From Schizochytrium sp. TIO01 (lineage: Eukaryota > Protista > Bigyra: Labyrinthulomycetes), in contig SMSO01000008.1 of assembly GCA_004764695.1 (NCBI GenBank), positions 620,001-684,000 on the forward strand: DNA of 64,000 bases. Direction: 5' to 3'. Below, in pieces: positions 33,701 through 45,100 of the stretch (the stretch's first letter is position 1; each line of letters starts with the position of its first letter). Both the position numbers and the translations under genes were made by a program. The notes under the pieces were generated by a model, which made no database searches, had not been told where the DNA came from, and worked only from the letters and a program-made list of their open reading frames with translations.

Positions 33701-35219
33701 TTCTTCGTTTTCTCTGCAATATTCATCCGAAACTTCAAAGTCACCACTTTCGTAGAATTGCGATTTCTCACTTTGTTATTGTTTTTCCCCAAATCATCGC
33801 ATTTTGCTTATTCTTCTTTAATTTGTGAAAAAAGAGGCTTCTTTAAAGATGATCATAATATCTTCCTTCGCTCTTTCTTCTGTGCGTCTCTTTTCTTACG
33901 TTCTCCCATTTTCTCTTTCCGAACCAAAACGCATCGATAGCAGGTTGGTACCATAACTACTGCGCAATGCAGATTCAATACGACCATAAAACATACCTCA
34001 ATACACTGAGACTATCACAGTCTTTCAGTGCGTTTGCGACGGCTTTGATGCCCTCTTCGCCAACGTGGTTCTGGTAAAGACTGTGTCAATATCATTAGTT
34101 GTGAGAAGAGAATAGTTTCCAAAGTTAGTAAAATACTGCATTTTACTTCTCAAGTCTTCTTTACCATCAAAAAACTCCAATCGCAGAACTCTGTGTGTGT
34201 GTCTCAGGAACAGTTGCTCTCGACAGTATCCCTTATCTCGAAGAGTCCCAACATTAAAGCAATAAGTAGATTGCTTCTGTATTTGCTATGCACTTCATCG
34301 TTGCTCTGTAACTTCACTCCGATTACACCTTTCTTCTCTTTTTACTTTTCTTTTCTTTTTTGTCCCATAACGTTTGTAAATTAAAAGAATTCGCTCTTCC
34401 TTCTTTTTTTCCCTCCTTGAAAGAAGACCCCATCTCAATTACCAAACTCTTTCAAGAATCGAAGCACATCCTTCTACATCAATCAAACGTACTGTAACTC
34501 AGTGAGGTTTTCGCATCCCTTCAGTACTTCGGCGATTGCCTTTACGCCCTCAGTGCCGATGTTGTTGCAATCGAGGCTGTGTTGGTGTCAGTTATTGAGC
34601 AACACAGGAAATACACGTCAGTCGGTCGACTCCTTCCATGTCCGGGTCTCAACTTCTTCTGTGAAGTAAGACATCCACAACTTCACAACACTCATTCTCA
34701 TTCTCTGATTTTGCATTCTCTGCTCTCTCCGTCTTTGCATCCTTCGTTCTCAGCATTCAAGTTCTACTCATCGTTCTTTTTCTCTTCTTCTTCTTTATTT
34801 CCTCTTCTCAGCATTTGTTCAAAAGAACCCTTTTGCAACAAATACTTTCTCTCTTTGGTCCATCTTCTTTCTTTCCGAGTCGATCATTGTCTTTTACTTT
34901 TAGCATTTCAAAGCCTGAAATGAAAGTCCAAATAGTAGACTTTTCACAACGTACTTTAAAACCCGCAGGTTCTCGCAGCGCTCCAGTTCATGCGCAAGGA
35001 CCTGAGCCTGCGCAGCGCATATGTTCTTGCTTTCCAGCCTATGTTTGTTGGAGATCAAAGCATGCAATTCTCAGTTCATCAGTACAAAGTCTTCGTTTTA
35101 AAAGTAAACTGTTCAAAGGCCATGCATGCCTCGATCAGTCTACTCCGCTCTCCAACATGCACTTACCTCACCTCCGTCGTATCATTGGTGATTGCCTTGA
35201 TACTCCGTGCAACCGTCAT
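26127..35219 (-). CDS. Multi-exon LRR (RI/NLRC3-type, 12 x 28 aa)-helical/coiled-coil-Ser/Thr kinase-RING1-RING2(Rcat)-like protein, with one in-frame TAA
   Basis: Exons (minus strand): 35219-35167 (MTVARSIKAITNDTTEV). 84-nt LRR exons: 35038-34955, 34576-34493, 34080-33997, 33577-33494, 33096-33013, 32596-32513, 32093-32010, 31554-31471 (acceptor AA), 31089-31006, 30600-30517, 30135-30052, 29705-29622. Then 29463-29308, 29219-28359, 27948-26127. Introns are phase 2 and GT-AG apart from the one AA acceptor. Kinase motifs LVLK, HCDIKPEN, GDFDG, YLAPE, DMYSVG. RING CPVC...CERGHFLCRDC...CVEARC. RING2-like CPNC...FDGCCAVIC...FCAWC. In-frame TAA at 27779-27777. Confidence 0.8.
27947..28360. mobile_element. 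Solo-LTR-like element (414 bp, TG...CA) with 5-bp TSD CAGCA, functioning as a predicted intron
   Basis: CAGCA at 27942-27946 and 28361-28365. Ends TGCTGA...TCACCA form an imperfect inverted repeat. Removing the element and one TSD restores colinearity with the paralog. A sister copy lies at 37113-37518. Confidence 0.75.
30052..34954 (-). repeat. Tandem array of duplicated intron+LRR-exon units (intron types B-D-C-B-D-C-B-A-B-A in transcription order)
   Basis: 30136-30516 ~ 31090-31470 (period 954). 32094-32512 ~ 33578-33996 and 32597-33012 ~ 34081-34492 (period ~1484). Type B introns at 30601-31005, 31555-32009, 33097-33493, 34577-34954. Confidence 0.9.
31605..31712. repeat. (CAGT)27 microsatellite inside an LRR intron; shorter alleles at ~30652-30678 and ~33147-33174
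   Basis: Direct reading of the sequence. Confidence 0.95.
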
Positions 35220-36399
35220 CGCCTTTGAGCCTTATCTTTGAGCAGACGTATCACGCTTTCCGTCTTATGCGTTTCTTTCTTTTGCACGATCAAGATCAGA
35301 TTGCCTGCTAAAACAGCACCTCGGACTTCAAAGTCTCAAGGAACAGCGGACTCCACGTGAATAAGCGCGAGTGTCTTTGCAGAGCAGAACAAGCCCGTCT
35401 CCGAATCAATGCGACGATGTGGCTCAAGAGAAGTCGCGGGTGAATTGAGGACGCTCGCTGCCTTCTGTTCACGCTTTGCTGGCTTCGGGGAGAATACATA
35501 TCTCCCCCTTTTTCCTACCTTCTTCTGAAGGTCCGTTGGATCAACTTTTTCCTGAGAGCGCAAATGCTAAAAATGGATCCTAGGAGTTGACCCTTAAGGC
35601 AACTAATACGGCACTACGCTTGTACTGGGTGGTAGTAATTGGTTGCGTTGCATAGACGGCTTTGGAAGAGGGCAACTACAACTATTTAGTGAACACATAA
35701 ATGAGGATAAGTCGCTGGTGGTATCCTTTTTGCTTTGAGTAGGTGTCAGTGATAATGAAAGCCTGCCATGTGTGTAAATGTCAGTAAGCAAGGTACTTGT
35801 GGTTTCTCTCAACACACCCTTGAGTTGAGGCCGTCTTTATGAGTTTAGTGAACGACATATTTGTTCAGATTGCCTTTCATGGAGTGATCGTGCGAAGTGT
35901 TAGAGAAAGACTTGCAATATCATCGTTATTACCGTGACTAGAGAAGCACGCTTAAGACCATATAGTCTTCGAGGAGAAGGAGGAACCACCTACGAACAAA
36001 CAACTTTTTGAAACAGAAGAACACAATACATACTCAAGAGACGCCGCAACAGTTCGACTCGCAGTTGTCGACCAGACCTCGATATAATTTGACCATAATA
36101 TACAATCCTAAACCTCGGCGAGAACAACAAATTCTCAATTCTAACGCAGAGCACTTCTTAACCATTTAATAATCTTCTTGATACTCTTTATCTCACTATT
36201 GAATTTGCACAACCACGATCCAGTAATAGTTATGCAACAAACAAGAACGATAGCAGACAGCTGACAGCTTCTAAAATTGAAAAAAAGTAAAAAAATCTAA
36301 GGATCTCAACTTACATATTTATTATCCCTACTGAAGTTTTGAAACGTGTATAGCCTTCTGTGAAAAGATTCCCCTCTTCTTAAAAGCTTCGTTTTTCGA

Positions 36400-39300
36400 T
36401 TAGTACTACCTTGTGAGCAATACTCCAGATACTGAACACAAAAGCAAGACATGCGCAATCTTAGCACATGATAGCACAACATTCATTGATGCGAACAAGT
36501 GCCGCAGTTCGGACAGTATGTATCCAGGATTATCGTAAGTACCACTACGAAACGTGACCCTGTCCATCTGGCTGTAGAATTTTGAAATCGTACTCCGCTC
36601 TAGCTTCCCTGGTGCAGTTTATCAGCGACATCGAATGCTTTGTGTTTTAGCTTTTCTTTAAAACTTTGCCTTGCATAGACAGCCTCTCGGTGCGTCACAC
36701 ACGAGCTGCTTCGTTTGCATTGATGGTTGCTAATCCATCGCGCTACAATCCACATCGCTTATTGAAATGATTGTGCGGCTCTTTGTTAGCCACATCTTCG
36801 AGCTCATATTGCATCCATGGAGAAATATTGCTTAGACTCATAGCCTATTCACAGATAGGTCTAGATTAACAGTAGATTAACAGTACCCGAGCTGAATTTG
36901 TTTGCCAACCCCTACCATGCCAGTATTGACACCCCTGTATCGGCATCGGCGAAAACCTCTATAACAGACTGTAAATACGCAATTCCGATATTCTCCATCA
37001 AAGTATTCATTTAAGCTATTTTTATGACTTCCTTTGCATGACTTCCGGACCAGATTTGCTTTTCCAACGCCTTTATTACATGATCCCACGCCTGTTGCAG
37101 AATTCCTGTAAATGCTGAAAAATAAATCTGATCAGCTAGAGGTTGAGTATTAAGATAAACGCAAGACGCTGGGGAATGCTTGAAGAAAGCTTGGTAAATA
37201 TAAATTTAAGACTTAGCGCTCTGATATCCTTAGAATTGGATTTCAGGACAGACTGATTCAGGTTGTAATGAGGAGACTAAGAAACACTGGGTTTGTGTTA
37301 GAAAACATAATTGATGATGTTAGGCTACCTCTTCTCTTCAACCATCAGTTCAGGTTCAATCATACTTGATTCTAGCAACTTTGTAAGTACAATTTCAGTT
37401 CCTGCCTATCTTCAGTTCACAACCACGTATCTGATTGTTCTGATGCTGCTCTAAATCCTTGACAGTGGAATGTCAAGAACTGTAAGTCCACTACTTCCTT
37501 CAATTGAAGCTCTTAGCAGCAAGGTCGCGAGACGATTGACCGAGCTCGAAACGAGCGCCTCCAAAAAGAATAAGCTATCGGCTATGGTTTTGACATACAC
37601 AATAATCTCGGTCCTTCTCGTTCAAATCCTCAGCCTCGAGGTTCCCTCTGATTCTTTTCATACTTCTCGTCGTTCTTCTCGATCCTACAAATTTCTTGTA
37701 GAGATCTTCAACATCTACAATATTTGGTTTATCTGAACAAGAACTTATATACTTGTGTAGCTCACTGATTATCCCCGGTAAGATACTAGGCGCTACGTTT
37801 AATGCATCACCTTCGGCATAGTCTTCAAATCGACGGATTATTAATCTTATTGCACAAAGTATTGTCAACACTTGGGCACTAAGTATATCCCTTCTGAGGA
37901 CTTCAACTTCTTCATTGAGATCATCTTGAAGTTTGTGTGTTTGCTTTGCAGCTGTTTTGTATCTCCTGAGAGCATTGCAGAATGCATCATCGAGTCCTAG
38001 CTTGCTTTCAAAAGCACCTTCGTTATGTTGTTTAAAACATTGTTGTCGGGTCTCTTTATTTGTCTTATACTCTTCAACGCACTTATTAGCCTGAGTGACG
38101 AGATCCTGGTATTGTGAAAACTCAATTTTGCATGCCCATCTGGCAACTATTGCATCACTTATGTCTTGATCTTCTAACAGACTGGCAAGCTTTTCTTTGA
38201 ATACATTCACTATGGTCTTATTACTTTTCGAGTATTTAGCTAGAGTCCATAAGCTCATATCTTGCTCGATTAGTCCCATGCGCTCTTTTTCGATATTTCA
38301 CTTTTCGATGAGTATGGACGAGCCAGCCAAAGATCTTCTACAAATTTGGCATTTGTTGTCCAGCAAGCGCTCGAGAGAATGTTTGAAATATCTGGAAATT
38401 TGCTGCCGCTTCACTTGGACAAAGTAGTTTTGGATTGTAGGTTTTGTAAACTCCTCAAGCAAGACAATGCCGATCTGCAGAAACTTTTCTCTATTTCCTG
38501 CAAGTCCCGCGCGCGAGGCTAGGACTTCCTCAACAGCATTTGTGCTCGGCTCATTTGGCAGCTTTCTGAGGCAATGAGTAAACGAAGCAGTAACAAATGA
38601 CATGACTAAGTAAGCATCCAAAATATTCCAATCCAAAATACATAAGAAATTACTGAGAACCAATCATCAAACTATCAAGCAATAAACTTACGCAAAATTT
38701 TCGGAACTACAGGGACTCGTAACAGCCTTAACTTCATCTTCCTCTTCCTTCGGCTTTGGAGAGGGCTCGCTTGCCCCGTCCATTGAGACATAGGAAACCG
38801 TATCCGAGGTTTCGAGGTTTTCTCCTGGGATACATACCTTCGCAAACAATTCCCCGTTGGAGTCATTTTGCCACCAAATTCAAACTTGCGCCACATAAAT
38901 AAAGAATTATAACATTCGTGAGAATAACAATGATCTCATCTAAACATGGCCCCGAGATTCTCTCGAAAAGGTGAGAACCAGCAACCTCAAGTCTGCTCTG
39001 AAGCTGCGAGCAGTATTTGACTTACCAAATTTGAACAACACTGCATCTTTTGTGCAGAGCTCTGGCAATATCCTTAGCGCCCTCTTTGCCAATGTTGTTC
39101 TCCTGAAGACTGTGAATATTTAATTCCATGTGAAGACGACCCAGGCCAAGTTAGTATGTGAATGTCAATCTCGAGCGCTTTTGCGCTGCCATTAAATACA
39201 ACTGCCTCACGGTTTGAGGCTAATTCTGTATTATAAGGATATGCTGATGGGTCGCATATAGTTGTTTATGTTGGTAATCTCTGCTGTTATATTCTTGTTG

Positions 39301-42125
39301 TATATGTGTGCCAAGCTAAAGGAAACTTCGCTGCATGATTTTCACATAGATGTAGGAAAACGTACTCTAATACTGTCAAGCTCTTGTAACCCTTTAGAGC
39401 TTCGCAAAAGCCCGCCACGCCCTTCATACGAATGCCATTCTTTGAAAGACTGTGAGTGTTTCATTCGTTGTCCAAAAACTTAGTTAAGTTAGATAAGCGT
39501 TTTCAGACCCGGGCTAGCTTAGAACGCTGTCTCACAAAAACTCCGAAGTCTCCTATATTCGTAGGGTATTGTTATTTCTTAATTATTTCTTGGGTCTATG
39601 CACCGCTTTGAGTCTGACAAATTGTGCTACCCCTTTCTCAGAAAGTATGTTTTTGGTTGCCTCGAGGCTGTGCATCTCCTCTTCTATATATTGAAATGTA
39701 TCTTTCCATTGATGAATGTACCCCAAATATTTTAGGTTATTACATTCCACCAGTGCCTCAGCAATAGAATTGGTACCCTCCACGCCAATGCTGTTCTGAT
39801 CAAGACTGTGCGTATGCCATGCCATTCATTGTCGATAAATCGCAAGTTAGCCTAACGCTACAAGTCCCAAACTCCCATATTTGCACCATATCCCACTACA
39901 CCTAATGTATAGTATTCTTAGCATTTGATGAGTGAATATTTTGGTTCGTGTTTCTTACTTTGGTTTTGTGTTTGCTCTGCGGTCTAAACTGAACATTCTT
40001 GCATGCTGTCTCTATGTTATGGTGTTTTTCTCTCGCTGTTTTTCTGATCTAACAAGTATTTCATTTTTTTTCTTCGGAACATAGCTCTGCTTCAAAAAAA
40101 CGTACTACAGTTTTGTTAGGCTCTTGCATCCCCGTAGTACTTCAGCGATGGCCCTGGCACCTCCTTCGCCAATGTTGTTCTGATTTAGACTACGCCTCAA
40201 TTGTTGTCAATAAAAGTTAGTAGTTGAGTCCAATCAATTTTTTAGAAGCTGTGTTATCGCAGAAGATCACCGAAGCAGTTTTGCTAACCATCCTATATTT
40301 AAGAAAGCACCCATTGACCGCTTTGATTCTTGTTCAAAACTATCATTTGTTCTGCTGCTGAAAACCAATACAGGATTCTGTAGATAGAACGTACTAAAGT
40401 TGCGTCAGCTTTTGACTGTCCTCCAGCGCCTTGGCCAAAGCCTTCGTACCCTCACTTCCAATATTGTTTTGTGAAAGACTGTGTTGATATTGATCGTCAA
40501 GAAATTTCAGTCAGAAGCGGTCTACCTTTAACACGCCCATGCTATTGTGAGTGTTGTCTCACCTCACATCTCTGCTTTTGCTTTTTCAGAATCCATGCAC
40601 AGATCTATTCTGATCGTTTAGATTGTTATTATTTTCTTCACTGCATTTTGCTCTGCTCCATTTGAATAGTTTGTTTTGACTTATCACCCTGGCTAGGTGA
40701 GGTTCTTACTAGCCATGGTTTTTGCGTGCTCTATTCTTGGAACCTCTTTTCAGGTTACTTAACTCTTTGATTCTGTAATCCCTGCTTCACTTTGAAAACC
40801 GGATTTCATTTTTTGTTGTTCATAGGTATTATTCGTTAATTAAAGCGTACTTTAATTCCGATGGATCCTTGCATCCCTTCAGTGCCTTAGCAATTGCCTT
40901 TGCACCCTCGGTACCAATATTGTTATGCGAAAGACTGTGAGCGATTTAATGTATTCAAGCCAAGAATTGCTAAGTTATTACGTGGTTTCGATCTCACAGG
41001 AGCACTGTCTCGCTCCAGCTCACGGCCATTTCGCTTTTCTATATCTGGCTGACTAACTGTGTTGATCCAAGCATTATTCTCACTTCGGTAGTTTGCTTGA
41101 AGACCCTGTTTAAGCTTGTCTTAAGTCGTTGTACACTTTTAACAAAGAATAAGTATATACGTGTTATTGAACATACCTCAAAACTGCTAGGTCTTTGCAT
41201 CCCTCCAGTACCTTGGCAATGGCCATGGCGCCTTCTTCGCCGATGTTATTCTGATCAAAACTGCGAGTATAACATTCATATCAAGGAATTGCAAGTTAGC
41301 TCAATGTTCTGAATATAGACCTTCTGTGCTTCAACAAAACACCATCGCAGTCTTTGTGGCTGCCCGTTTTGTATCGTCAGCATATCATATGCTAAGTGAT
41401 TATACTAGTAAGGTGAGGAAAGCAATCCTGGATTGGCACAGCATGGAAATCTGATCACTTTCTTGTTTTGAAGTTTGCCTTGACTATGTGATGTCTCCTG
41501 ATAAAGAAAGGAAGAAGGTATATGTTCTTATCAAACTTTTTGTCAATATAACGTACTACAAACTTCTCAAATTATTGTATCTCTCTAGTACCCTGGTGAC
41601 AGCAATAGTGCCCTCTGTACCGATGTTATTTTCATCGAGACTGCCGTGACTTTATTTGTAGCTTAGACAATGCATGTCAGTCATTTACCTTCCATCTGAA
41701 CCGCTCATACATTAATATTGAAAACCAAACATATTCGTTATCTTCTCAGCATGAGCTTTTCTGATCACCCTAGTTCTTGGCCTTTTCATTGCTCAGTCCT
41801 TAAAAACTTCTTTCAGGTTGTCTATGGGGAGTATTCTGCATTGTGTCCTTCTACTCCAAATAATTCGATAAAACGTACTCCAATACTGTAAGGTCTTTGC
41901 ATCCCTCTAATGCCAAAACGAGGATATCGGTGCCTACAGCCCCAATGTTATTGTTCTCCAGGCTGCGTTTGTTGAACAGGGGATGTGATAAACAACTAGT
42001 GCTTATGTAAAGCTCATATATAAAACATTAAAGGTGGATGACATGCTCGTCCTATTGACTCTCGTTACATACTATACTTCGGTTGTATCCCCCCTGATTT
42101 CCCAAATGCTTTTTGCCTCATTCAT
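36400..42125 (-). pseudogene. Paralog of the LRR-kinase-RING gene: intact first exon and 9 LRR exons, decayed effector half
   Basis: First exon 42125-42073 (MNEAKSIWEIRGDTTEV, 53 nt like 35219-35167). 84-nt exons: 41962-41879, 41640-41557, 41260-41177, 40934-40851, 40478-40395, 40189-40106, 39805-39722, 39449-39366, 39109-39026. The next exon has an AA acceptor (38887-38886) and a frameshift. TGA at 38300-38298, TAG at 37577-37575, LTR insertion, most of the kinase missing. RING2 relic (CPNCGTC...FCVQYLEYCS) at ~36410-36530. Confidence 0.8.
37113..37518. mobile_element. Diverged second copy of the solo-LTR-like element (406 bp, TG...CA)
   Basis: Colinear blocks shared with 27947-28360: TGCTGAAA...CTGAT(T/C)AGC..GAGGTTGA, TT(C/T)CAGGACAGA..GATTCA, GTTAGG(T/C)TA, GTCCACTA(A/C)TTCCTTC(G/A)ATTG. 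Flanks GTAAA/GCAAG look like a degenerate TSD. Confidence 0.7.
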
Positions 42126-45100
42126 TGTTTTATGGTGTTGATTTCGAGCCAATTTGTAATTCTGTTCGCCTTGTCTTCAGCTTGTCGCTCTTAAGATCAG
42201 TGTCTCTGCTTTAAGTGACGATGACAACTAAGGCAAGGAAAATTCACGCGAAATATTTCACAAATGCATACGCATATCCACGAAGTACTTGCAGCGGTGA
42301 GATATCGAACAAGTTACGGTTTTGTCGAATGCACCCGCTGCTTTAATCTGAGGACTCAAATCTGTGGTTTTGACAAGGCTATATCTTCTTTCGGTGTGTT
42401 GAATCAATTTTTTAAAGAGCGCTGTATGTCAAAATTGAATTCTACAAATTGGTGGTCTTTGTTATAACTAGAACTTTTTGCAGATCAAGGAGAACCAAAG
42501 CCATTTTGAATGAGCCAGCGGAACTCGCATGTGGTTCACTCTAGATCTGGGTTGGACTGTAGGTATGCCAAGGTCTTCACCAAGTAGAAGAATCGGATAT
42601 CCTATTTGTAGTCTAGATAGGGTGAGAAGTAGTAAGCAACACTAAGGCTGCTCTTAGTCATCCTGCAAGTACTTCAAAATTAGGTACCTACAAATTCCCC
42701 TCTCGCTCCTTGGAAACTAGCTACTGCCTCATCGAACTATTTCTTGTTCACAGCTCGTTGGAATTTTGAAGAACCAAAATACTCAGAGAACTCTGAGGAG
42801 TTTGCATGGGTTTTCCCAACATCTGAAGACTGATTTTCTTTTCTTTTTTATTACTTTCCCCTAGTCTTAGCTATAAGGTAGCTAGCTATCTACATCATAA
42901 TGGTACACTCCTATCTTTGATGATGGGCTATCATTATGTGTATAGGCATCATGGTCAAAGCATGTAAAAACAATCACGTGAAGAGGTTTTGTTCGTTGTG
43001 TTAGTTCCTAGCAATCCAATCTGCCAAACTCTAGTTGGAGCCATGCTTAGTTTTACCCGAATTCTTATCCAAGCAGTGAAGGCATTGCGAAAGTAGCCTC
43101 CAACGAATGCGAGAGACTCGAATCTGAAATTGGATTAGCAAATTAATACCTCTGGGTATACCAATAGTAGATGCCTTTGCGCAGTTATAAAACAGCAGAG
43201 ACTGCTGGGGACACCACACGACATCAACTTGAACTTGAGTAGCGCTTGACCTAGCTTCATTAAAACCATCCCTTTTCGAGCAAGACATTGGAATTGCCTG
43301 TATCCAATTTGATTTGATCAGCTTGATCGCCTCAAGCAGTTGGTCCACTTTGCACGCTACTGCAACCGATAAGTCGTGCGTCCATCCTGGTCACATGGTG
43401 CGTCGCTGGAGTGTGTGTGAGTGTGGGTCCTTCAAGTTATACATTGGTCTCTCAGTAACTCCCAAAATCATGATCCAAGCTCGAATCTTGGAAACTGCTT
43501 GCACTTGTCAATTGTCCATAGCTCAAGCCATCCATCCATCCATCCATCCATCCACATTAGCACATCGCGTGATGATGATTCTCTTCCTGGAGACAAGCTC
43601 ACCCGTGACAATGACTGCCTGACCACCAAAAAGGCCCTCGTCTCCAGATTAGTATCCTCTTTCATTGCCGTGATCATGAAACAGCACCATCTTCGTACTG
43701 CCGATGCTGATGGCTGTTTGGCCAAATTCTTTCCGGAGTGCGTGGTGGAAATTCCACATCTAAATTGGTGATTTGCTGTGAGTGAAAACAAACCTCGAGG
43801 GACTTTGTGTTGTTCGCATGATTTGTAAAGCCAAGAGTGCAACTAGGCAATGCTCTGCAAGTCCAAGTATCGATATGAGTTTGGCTCAAAGACCATTTCT
43901 CCAAAGTTAAGGCTCTATTAAAGTGTACGAGGTGAACGACCTTTCGGTTGCCGTTTTAAAGTTGGTTTGATTTGATCTTGAGATTATCGATAGAGCAATT
44001 CATTCATTTTGGCTGTAGGCAATCTAGTTGACGACCAATCTCGTGATAATTGATTCTCGCGAAGCCGATGCTGGTCCCTTTACTGATCGAGATGGGGAAG
44101 AAAAAAGAAAGGAACAGAATAGAATAAAATAGAATAGAATAGAATAGAACGGAACAGAACGGGCGTTCTAGTCTGGGAATTCTAGGAAAGAACTTGAATA
44201 GAAAAAAATACGAAGAGATCGAACAAACCTTGAAAGAGAGTCGCTCGTTCTTCAAGGTCCTCCCACACTATGATAGCAACAAAAGAGTATCAACCTCTTC
44301 AGAACGGGATGAAAGATATGAGAATATGTACTGCTACCTGGCTTTATGGCAATGTGCAAACGTGTGCTGCTACAGATCCGGAATATGTTTCCAGTGAAAA
44401 CGTGTTTTTTTAGTTTGTTTTTTAATGATCGCATATCAGAATTTCTCCCGTTCTAATTGGGATCCACAATTCTTAAGTAGTGTGCTATCATTGTTACCGT
44501 AATGGCGTTATAAAATAATAATAATAATAAATTAGGCTATATATATATATACACGTATGTACATAGCATAAGAAGTTTTCTTTTTTCCTTTCTTATGACA
44601 AGGTTACATTCTTGTCAATGTTTTTGTTCCAATATTAAAACGCTGCTCTAATGAATGATTGATTCGAGTAGCACCTAGACAATTGGTTATAAGCCCCAGA
44701 GCCTCTGCCAGTGAACGTATTGAGCACTTTGTCGATTGTTGATGCAGCTTTCGAATACCCCTATCACTATGCAAAGCTGCCTCTGTTGTGGTGGGACATC
44801 ACATTTCCCTCTACTTAGAATAAAATATTTTAATTTTAGTTTCCAGTACCAATCAATATATGACAAATTAAATTATATAATTATAAAGAGACGAATTCTA
44901 GTTTCTCACGTTCTTTGTTTTGCTTTCCTGCTCTTCACTTCAAGTGCGAGGTTCGCTCATCACGGTACTTGCACATTGAAACTATACAGCTCATAAAGCC
45001 CTCGGCCCCAAGCCTATATTGATGCCGTATCCACGAGACCACGCCTATCTCCAAGTTTCTTGCATGCCTCTGAAGCCGATCTCCTCCACATTGAAGCGAG

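Noticed and set aside
29622-35038. CRISPR-like appearance of regularly spaced conserved repeats
   Set aside because: The repeats are 84-nt coding exons with splice sites, the spacers are ~400-nt duplicated introns, the context is eukaryotic and there are no cas genes.
30257-35241. Many + strand ORFs of 80-255 aa, several near-identical, including SQSV repeats
   Set aside because: They are antisense readings of the duplicated introns and the (CAGT)n tract. The real coding signal is the minus-strand 84-nt exons.
42240-43900. Short ORFs of 67-124 aa upstream of the LRR paralog
   Set aside because: No recognisable domain or consistent frame.
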